DNA of 64,000 nucleotides from Terriglobia bacterium (GTDB lineage Bacteria; Acidobacteriota; Terriglobia; 20CM-2-55-15): NCBI GenBank assembly GCA_963664115.2, contig CAXWPJ010000005.1, positions 224,001 to 288,000 of the forward strand, read 5' to 3'. Shown piece by piece: positions 58,115 to 64,000 of this stretch (position 1 is its first letter; each line of letters starts with the position of its first letter). The notes under the pieces were generated by a model. It saw only the letters and a program-made list of their open reading frames with translations, ran no database searches and was not told where the DNA came from. The position numbers and the translations under genes were made by a program.

Positions 58115-59980
58115 GTGTCACAGCAATCCTCTGATGCAGCGGTGCTGGACGAGGAAGGTGGTAGGGGCCCGGATCCGGTAACAAACGATTTCAGCATTCA
58201 GATCGCTACAGTCAATGGGTCGGGTAGCCAGTCGGCCAACACTATCCTGATGCGATCGATTTTCCAGATGGGAATCCCCGTCAGCGGAAAAAACCTATTC
58301 CCCTCCAACATTGCCGGCCTACCCACCTGGTTCACCATTCGGGTTAACAAAGACGGCTGGACCGCTCGCTGCAAAGAGCTCGACTTCCTGATCGCAATGA
58401 ACGCCCAGACAGCCGCGGAGGACGTCATGGGACTGGATCCGGGAAGAGTCGTCGTCTACGAGGAAAAGTTGGGGCTGTCGTCGCTACGAGACGATTTGAT
58501 CTTCTATCCGGTACCTTTCGCGAAACTTGCTACGGAAATTTCAAGTGATTCGCGCTTGCGCAAGCTTCTCGCCAACATGCTTTACGTGGGCGTAGTCGGC
58601 GAATTGATCTCCATCGATCCACAGGAAATCGACAAAGCTATCGCCAAGCAGTTCAAAGGCAAGAAGAAAGCGATCGAGTTGAACCTGAAGGCGATCGAGA
58701 TCGGCGTCCAGTACGCGAAAGAGAACATCCGGAAACTGGATCCATTCCTTTGCGAACGCATGGACAAAACGGCCGGTAAGATCATTATTGACGGCAATGC
58801 GGCTTGCGCTCTCGGGGCAATGTTCGCCGGCGTCACCGTGGCGACCTGGTACCCGATCACTCCGTCGTCGTCGGTATGTGAAAGCCTGATCGGTTATATG
58901 GGAAAGTACCGTCACGAGGACGATGGCAAGGCGACGTACGCGATCGTACAGGCCGAAGACGAACTTGCTGCGGTAGGAATGGCGATCGGCGCTGGATGGG
59001 TTGGAGCCCGGTCGATGACCTCCACCTCCGGACCTGGAATCTCGTTGATGGCCGAGTTCACCGGCTTCGCCTACTATGCCGAAATCCCCGTCGTTATTTT
59101 TGACATCACCCGTGTCGGTCCCAGTACAGGACTGCCGACTCGAACACAGCAGTCGGATATCTTCTCGCTTGTTTTTCTCTCACATGGCGATACGAAACAC
59201 ATCGTTCTGATTCCCGCCAGCATCAAGGAATGTTTTTCGATGTCTATGGATGCATTCGACCTTACAGAACGATTCCAGACTCCGGTCTTCATCATGAGCG
59301 ACCTGGACCTGGGAATGAACAATTGGATGTCGGACCCCATTGAATTTCCCGAAGTAAAACTGGATCGCGGGAAAGTCTTGAGCAAGGAAGACCTGGACCG
59401 GGTCGGGAGCTTTGGGCGATACGATGACGTCGACGGTGACGGAATTCCCTACCGGACACTGCCGGGAACAAAGCATCCCCTTGCATCCTACTTTACCCGC
59501 GGCAGCGGGCACGACGCGCAGGCCACCTACAGCGAACGCGCCGACGACTATCAGAACAACGTGGATAGGCTGGCACGCAAATACGACACCGCCAGAAAGC
59601 ACGTACCGGAACCCATAATCGACTATGTCGATGGATCCCGAATCGGCATCCTCGCCTTTGGCACCACAGACATGGCGGCGGCGGAATCAAGGGACCAACT
59701 CGAAAAGGAATACGATCTAAAGACCCACTACTACCGGCTTCGGGCGCTTCCGTTCACATCGCACCTGGACGAGTTTTTCGACCGCTGCGATCGCGTTTAC
59801 GTCGTCGAGCAGAACAGGGATGCCCAGATGGCGAGTTTGATGCGGATGGAAATGTCCACAGATCGAATAGCGAAGATCCGAAACATACTCCATTACACGG
59901 GAATTCCGATTGACGCTCGATTCATCACAAATAACTTGACGGCGAACGAGAACCGAGAACAGCAGAAGGAGGCGCTCTAG
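58115..59980 (+). CDS. korA: 2-oxoacid:ferredoxin oxidoreductase alpha subunit
   Basis: GTG 58115 with AAGGAGA RBS; NGSGSQS, WYPITPSS, QAEDELAA, TSGPGISLM, GPSTGLPT, VVEQNRDAQ. Confidence 0.92.
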   Translation: MSQQSSDAAVLDEEGGRGPDPVTNDFSIQIATVNGSGSQSANTILMRSIFQMGIPVSGKNLFPSNIAGLPTWFTIRVNKDGWTARCKELDFLIAMNAQTAAEDVMGLDPGRVVVYEEKLGLSSLRDDLIFYPVPFAKLATEISSDSRLRKLLANMLYVGVVGELISIDPQEIDKAIAKQFKGKKKAIELNLKAIEIGVQYAKENIRKLDPFLCERMDKTAGKIIIDGNAACALGAMFAGVTVATWYPITPSSSVCESLIGYMGKYRHEDDGKATYAIVQAEDELAAVGMAIGAGWVGARSMTSTSGPGISLMAEFTGFAYYAEIPVVIFDITRVGPSTGLPTRTQQSDIFSLVFLSHGDTKHIVLIPASIKECFSMSMDAFDLTERFQTPVFIMSDLDLGMNNWMSDPIEFPEVKLDRGKVLSKEDLDRVGSFGRYDDVDGDGIPYRTLPGTKHPLASYFTRGSGHDAQATYSERADDYQNNVDRLARKYDTARKHVPEPIIDYVDGSRIGILAFGTTDMAAAESRDQLEKEYDLKTHYYRLRALPFTSHLDEFFDRCDRVYVVEQNRDAQMASLMRMEMSTDRIAKIRNILHYTGIPIDARFITNNLTANENREQQKEAL

Positions 59981-59982
59981 CA

Positions 59983-61032
59983 ATGTCTTCTACGACGATC
60001 AAACCTCCGTCCGGAGGCAAAGTAAACCGCATCGGTCTGCCGATGGCCGACTATAAAGGGGGCGATTCGACCCTCTGCGCGGGATGCGGCCACGATGCGA
60101 TCACGAGCCAGATTATCCGGGCGTTCTGGGAGTATGGCGTCGAACCTCATCGGCTGGCCAAGCTCAGTGGTATCGGCTGCTCCAGCAAGACCCCGGCGTA
60201 TTTCCTGAACCAGTCTCACGGGATAAACGCGGTTCACGGTCGGATGCCGTCCGTCGGTACCGGAGCGGTTCTGGGGAACAAGGATCTGATTGCCGTCGGA
60301 GTCAGCGGTGACGGCGATAGCGCTTCGATCGGTCTGGGACAGTTCTGCCACATGCTTCGCCGTAACGTGCCGATGATCTACATCGTCGAAAACAACGGTG
60401 TGTACGGACTGACGAAGGGGCAGTTTTCAGCAACGGCTGACTACGGCTCCAAAGCCAAGGGCGGCAGCGTGAACGAGTTGCCCGCGATCGATGTGTGTGC
60501 CCTGTCGATCGAACTGGGTTGCAACTTTGTTGCCCGCTCCTTTGCGGGCGATCCCAAGCAACTGATTTCCCTGCTCAAGGGAGCCATCGGACACCGCGGG
60601 ACGGCGATGCTCGACATCGTCAGTCCCTGTGTGACCTTCAACAATCACGAAGGATCGACCAAGAGCTACCCTTTCGCCAAGGCGCACGACGAATTGCTGC
60701 ATGAACTCTCGTTCGTGCCGTTTTTCGAGCAGATCAATGTGGAATTCGAAGAGGGTGAATCCGTTGACGTCTCACTGCACGACGGGTCGCATCTGAAGTT
60801 GCGGAAGCTGCACCAGGGATACAGCCCAACGGACAAGATCGGGGCTCTGAGAATGTTGACAGAGGCGACCGATCAGCGCGAGTTGCTGACTGGCCTGGTT
60901 TACATCAACGAAGAAGGCGATGACTTCATCAGCCAGCTCAATACCGTCGACCGTCCGCTTGCGACTCTGACCCAGGAAGAAACACAACCCAGCCGGGAAG
61001 CACTTCAGGAAATCATGGAATCATTGATGTAA
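59983..61032 (+). CDS. korB: 2-oxoacid:ferredoxin oxidoreductase beta subunit
   Basis: LCAGCGH, SGIGCSS, HGR, GDGD...NNGVYGLTKGQ (TPP-binding), SPCVTFN. Confidence 0.94.
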   Translation: MSSTTIKPPSGGKVNRIGLPMADYKGGDSTLCAGCGHDAITSQIIRAFWEYGVEPHRLAKLSGIGCSSKTPAYFLNQSHGINAVHGRMPSVGTGAVLGNKDLIAVGVSGDGDSASIGLGQFCHMLRRNVPMIYIVENNGVYGLTKGQFSATADYGSKAKGGSVNELPAIDVCALSIELGCNFVARSFAGDPKQLISLLKGAIGHRGTAMLDIVSPCVTFNNHEGSTKSYPFAKAHDELLHELSFVPFFEQINVEFEEGESVDVSLHDGSHLKLRKLHQGYSPTDKIGALRMLTEATDQRELLTGLVYINEEGDDFISQLNTVDRPLATLTQEETQPSREALQEIMESLM

Positions 61033-61038
61033 GCTGGT

Positions 61039-61086
61039 AGATCGGGGACGGGGTTCATCGGAGACCGATTACCCCGTTCCCGATCT
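61039..61086. terminator. Long hairpin between korB and tRNA-His
   Basis: AGATCGGGGACGGGGT...ACCCCGTTCCCGATCT stem. Confidence 0.55.
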
Positions 61087-61095
61087 CCACCTTAC

Positions 61096-61169
61096 GGTGA
61101 GCGTAGCTCAGTTGGTAGAGCGCTGGATTGTGGCTCCAGTGGTCGAGGGTTCAAGTCCCTTCGCTCACC
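61096..61169 (+). tRNA. tRNA-His(GTG)
   Basis: G-1 plus GTGAGCG/CGCTCAC acceptor with C discriminator; anticodon arm CTGGA-TTGTGGC-TCCAG; T-arm GAGGG-TTCAAGT-CCCTT. Confidence 0.95.
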
Positions 61170-61186
61170 CTTTTCAGGTGAACAAT

Positions 61187-61972
61187 TTACGAAGTAGCAG
61201 AGGTCGGGCGAGAGGCTGAAAATGCTGTTTCTTTGCCTAAACCGTGCCCATCCAACCATTCGGCTGCGATAAGCAAGTCGGACTCACTGACGATATCGTA
61301 ACGCTGATAGACGCTCTCAGTCTTGTGACCGGTGAGCTGCATAGCAACCTTCCGTGGAATGCCAGACCGCTCCAGGTTGCGGACTGCCGTGCGCCGGAAA
61401 TCGTGAAACACGCTGTCAGCTTTGACCTTCTCGATCACTGGCTGGCCTTTCTTTGGTCCGAGTGTGTGGACGACGACCTGCCCCTGTTTATCGCGTTTAT
61501 ACACTGCCGTCACAGGCAAACCAGCCTTCATACAGGCAACACCCCAAGCCTTCCTGAAATCACCCACGCGATTTCCAACGAACTTCCCATCAGTGTAGAA
61601 AAACACCCATGGAATGATCTTGCCTGTTTTAAGCTGGATCGCATTCGCCAGAGCTCGCTGGGCATCAAGGACTTCGCGCAACTCACGGACCATGGGGATT
61701 TCACGTCCTTGACGATTCTTAGTAGTTCCAGTGTCGAGGCGGATACTTCCCCGTCCGATGAAGTCCACTCGGCACCATTCTAAATTGACTATTTCTGATC
61801 GTCTCCACCCAGTGGTGTATGCAAACCTGACTACCGGCTTCAACCGTTCGGGCAGGTGAGCTATGACAGATTGGACCTGATCGTGCTCGAAGAAGCCGGT
61901 TCGCACGTTGTTCTCAGTCAACTTCGGAATGGAGGGTTGGCTGGGAACTTTCGGTGGCGTCGCCTTTCTGGC
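61187..61972 (-). pseudogene. Tyrosine recombinase/phage integrase, catalytic C-terminal part; 5' end removed by IS256
   Basis: PSIPKLTENNVRTGFFE, TTGWRRSE, TTKN, FHDFRRT, TGHKTESVYQRY; the frame stays open up to the IS256 left end; converges on the tRNA-His 3' end. Confidence 0.88.
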
Positions 61973-63357
61973 GAGTTATAACCGAATCTGGTGTTTGAGG
62001 GATTGAATAAGAGCGGCGTATCTGGTTGATTTGTTGTGACAAAACTTCAAAGCAACCATAGGAGATACGCCACTGTGAGCAAGAGTAACGTGAATGGACC
62101 GGAAGGTCGAGAAACGATTGAGGATCCAGTAACAGAACTACTACGAGTTGGGGCACAGCAACTGATCCAACGCGCAGTGGAAGCCGAATTGGCAGAGCTG
62201 CTATCCCAGCACGGTGGCCGGCGAACTGAGACAGGAAACGCCGGGGTGGTACGCAACGGTTATCTGCCGGAACGCGAACTGCAGACGGGATTGGGTCCGG
62301 TAACAGTCCAAATCCCGAAGGTCCGTGCCAAGACGGGCGAAGCTGTGACGTTCCGATCGGCCCTGGTACCACCGTACATTCGGAAGACGAAGTCGCTGGA
62401 AGCAGCGGTGCCGTGGTTGTATTTGAAAGGCGTTTCCAGCGGCGAGATGGGTGAGGCCCTAAAAGTTCTTGTCGGTCCCCAGGCGCAGGGTCTGTCGGCG
62501 AGCACGGTATCGCGGTTGAAACAGGTTTGGGGCGAACAGTACCGCCTCGGATGCGAGGAGCGTTTGGATGCAGATCGCTGGGTCTATGTCTGGGCCGACG
62601 GCATCTACAGCGGACTTCGGGCGGAACAAACCAAGTTGTGTGCATTGGTCGTGATCGGCGTGAATGAACGCGGAGAGAAGCGTTTCCTGGCGATCGAAGA
62701 CGGTGTACGGGAATCGACACAGAGTTGGCGCGAGGTCTTGTTGAAGCTGAAGTCCCGTGGGATGAATGTTCCGAAGTTGGCCATCGGTGACGGTGCGATG
62801 GGGTTCTGGGCCGCACTGGAGGAAATCTATCCCGAGACACGTCAACAACGTTGCTGGATGCACAAAGTCATGAACGTCCTCAACTGCCTGCCCAAGTCGG
62901 TCCAGGCGAAGGCGAAACAGGCCCTGCACTCGATCTGGCAGGCCGAGACGAAGGCAGACGCCGAGAAGGCATTCGACTTGTTCATTGAAACCTATGAACC
63001 GAAGTATCCGAAAGCCACACTCTGCCTGCAGAAAGACAGAGAGGAACTGCTGGCCTTTTACGACTTTCCGGCCAAGCACTGGCAGAGCATCAGAACGACG
63101 AATCCCATTGAGTCGACCTTTGCCACCATTCGACACCGAACGAAGCGATCCAGAGGTTGCCTGACACGGGATGGCATGCTGCACATGATGTTCAAACTGG
63201 GCCAGTGCGCTGAGAACAATTGGCGACGATTACGAGGATTCGATGATCTGAGCAAGGTAATCATCGGAGTGAAATTCAACGATGGTGTCGAAGCGACACA
63301 AGTCGATCAGGCCGCCGCTTGAATCAATCTCCTAAACACCACTTTTGACAATAACTC
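61973..63357 (+). mobile_element. IS256-family insertion sequence
   Basis: Imperfect IRs GAGTTATAACCGAATCTGGTGTTT / AAACACCACTTTTGACAATAACTC; the flanks do not match (no TSD). Confidence 0.9.
62075..63322 (+). CDS. IS256-family (mutator) transposase
   Basis: GTG start with AGGAGA RBS; VRNGY, YLKGVSS, WADGIY, IGDGAMGFW, QRCWMHK, RTTNPIES. Confidence 0.94.
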   Translation: MSKSNVNGPEGRETIEDPVTELLRVGAQQLIQRAVEAELAELLSQHGGRRTETGNAGVVRNGYLPERELQTGLGPVTVQIPKVRAKTGEAVTFRSALVPPYIRKTKSLEAAVPWLYLKGVSSGEMGEALKVLVGPQAQGLSASTVSRLKQVWGEQYRLGCEERLDADRWVYVWADGIYSGLRAEQTKLCALVVIGVNERGEKRFLAIEDGVRESTQSWREVLLKLKSRGMNVPKLAIGDGAMGFWAALEEIYPETRQQRCWMHKVMNVLNCLPKSVQAKAKQALHSIWQAETKADAEKAFDLFIETYEPKYPKATLCLQKDREELLAFYDFPAKHWQSIRTTNPIESTFATIRHRTKRSRGCLTRDGMLHMMFKLGQCAENNWRRLRGFDDLSKVIIGVKFNDGVEATQVDQAAA

Positions 63358-63971
63358 ACTCGTGGCCGACACGCCTGCGCTCATCAGTGTGCCCTGGGGA
63401 ACCGCTGTTAGAGGCCATTGCCAGGCGCTTCCCAGGCAACGCATTGTTGTAGAAGTGCAAGAGGGCATGGATCCAGATGAGGCCCTCTTCCAGTCACTCG
63501 CAAGGCTTTCGAAAGACGGCTATCAAGTTGCAATAGCAGATTCGCTCATACGGAGGAGCGACTACCCATTAGCCTCAATAGCGGACATCATCAAGCTCGA
63601 TTTTGCAGATCTCGGAAGGCCGGCCATCGGGAACCGTCTAGAAACCCTCAAGAAAGTTAAATCCAAGTTTTTAGCGGATCACGTGGAAACTCAAGACGAT
63701 TTTGAATTCGCTCGTGATGTGGGCTTCGATTACTTTCAGGGCTATTTCTTCTGCAAGCCCCAGGTCACAGGTGGAAATTTGTCGCTCAACCGCTTGGCTA
63801 CGATGCGGTTGTTGGCAGGCCTAGGAGATCTTGAGATTAACGTTCAAGAACTGGGAGAAATGATTAGCCAAGACCTGCCCTTGGCCTTCAAGTTGCTAGT
63901 GTTCGCCAACTCCGCCTATATCGGCTTACAGCGTGAGGTGGAATCGATAAGCCATGCAGTGAGCCTGGTGG
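63358..63971 (+). pseudogene. Internal fragment of an EAL/HDOD (YuxH-like) gene
   Basis: IVVEV, ADIIKLD, LADHVETQDDF, YFQGYFFCKP, then ISQDLPLAFKLL..ANSA HDOD start; cut at both ends by IS256 termini. Confidence 0.8.
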
Positions 63972-64000
63972 GAGTTATTGTCAAAAGTGGTGTTTAGGAG
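63972..64000 (-). mobile_element. Right end of a second, inverted IS256 copy (continues beyond the window)
   Basis: GAGTTATTGTCAAAAGTGGTGTTTAGGAG is the exact reverse complement of 63329-63357. Confidence 0.85.

Overview
GC-rich bacterial chromosomal segment. The gene repertoire (NHL/PAL-like propellers, a carboxypeptidase-regulatory-domain protein, Gly/Arg-rich secreted proteins) suggests Acidobacteriota; this is inference. The left half is housekeeping and envelope genes (malate synthase, subclass B3 metallo-beta-lactamase-like gene with a clear sigma70 promoter, MFS, M16 peptidase pair, serine hydrolase, GT2-GT4, two-component system plus Spy/CpxP-like protein, FKBP, AmpG, PuuD-like, TrkA/USP plus CPA2), interspersed with IS701, IS1182 and IS1380 elements that all sit in TAG-containing targets. 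About 24 kb (33.8-57.9 kb) is an island bounded by tRNA-Arg(TCT) and an exact 43-bp copy of its 3' half. It has no integrase, and its right end abuts the ori end of an IS91/ISCR-like rolling-circle element. Its main cargo is a tightly coupled five-gene operon of very large uncharacterised proteins: an M64-like Zn metalloprotease (872 aa), a DUF6603-like protein (1145 aa), a 1046-aa protein with a hydrophobic hairpin, a 1617-aa protein split by IS1380, and a 615-aa protein. This operon is the best candidate for an undescribed system. A second candidate is a ~210-nt multi-hairpin intergenic element present twice (20.2 and 32.5 kb) with compensatory base changes in three stems. The right end holds korAB, tRNA-His, an IS256-truncated tyrosine integrase and an EAL/HDOD fragment trapped between inverted IS256 ends. 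All family assignments come from motif recognition by eye, not database searches.
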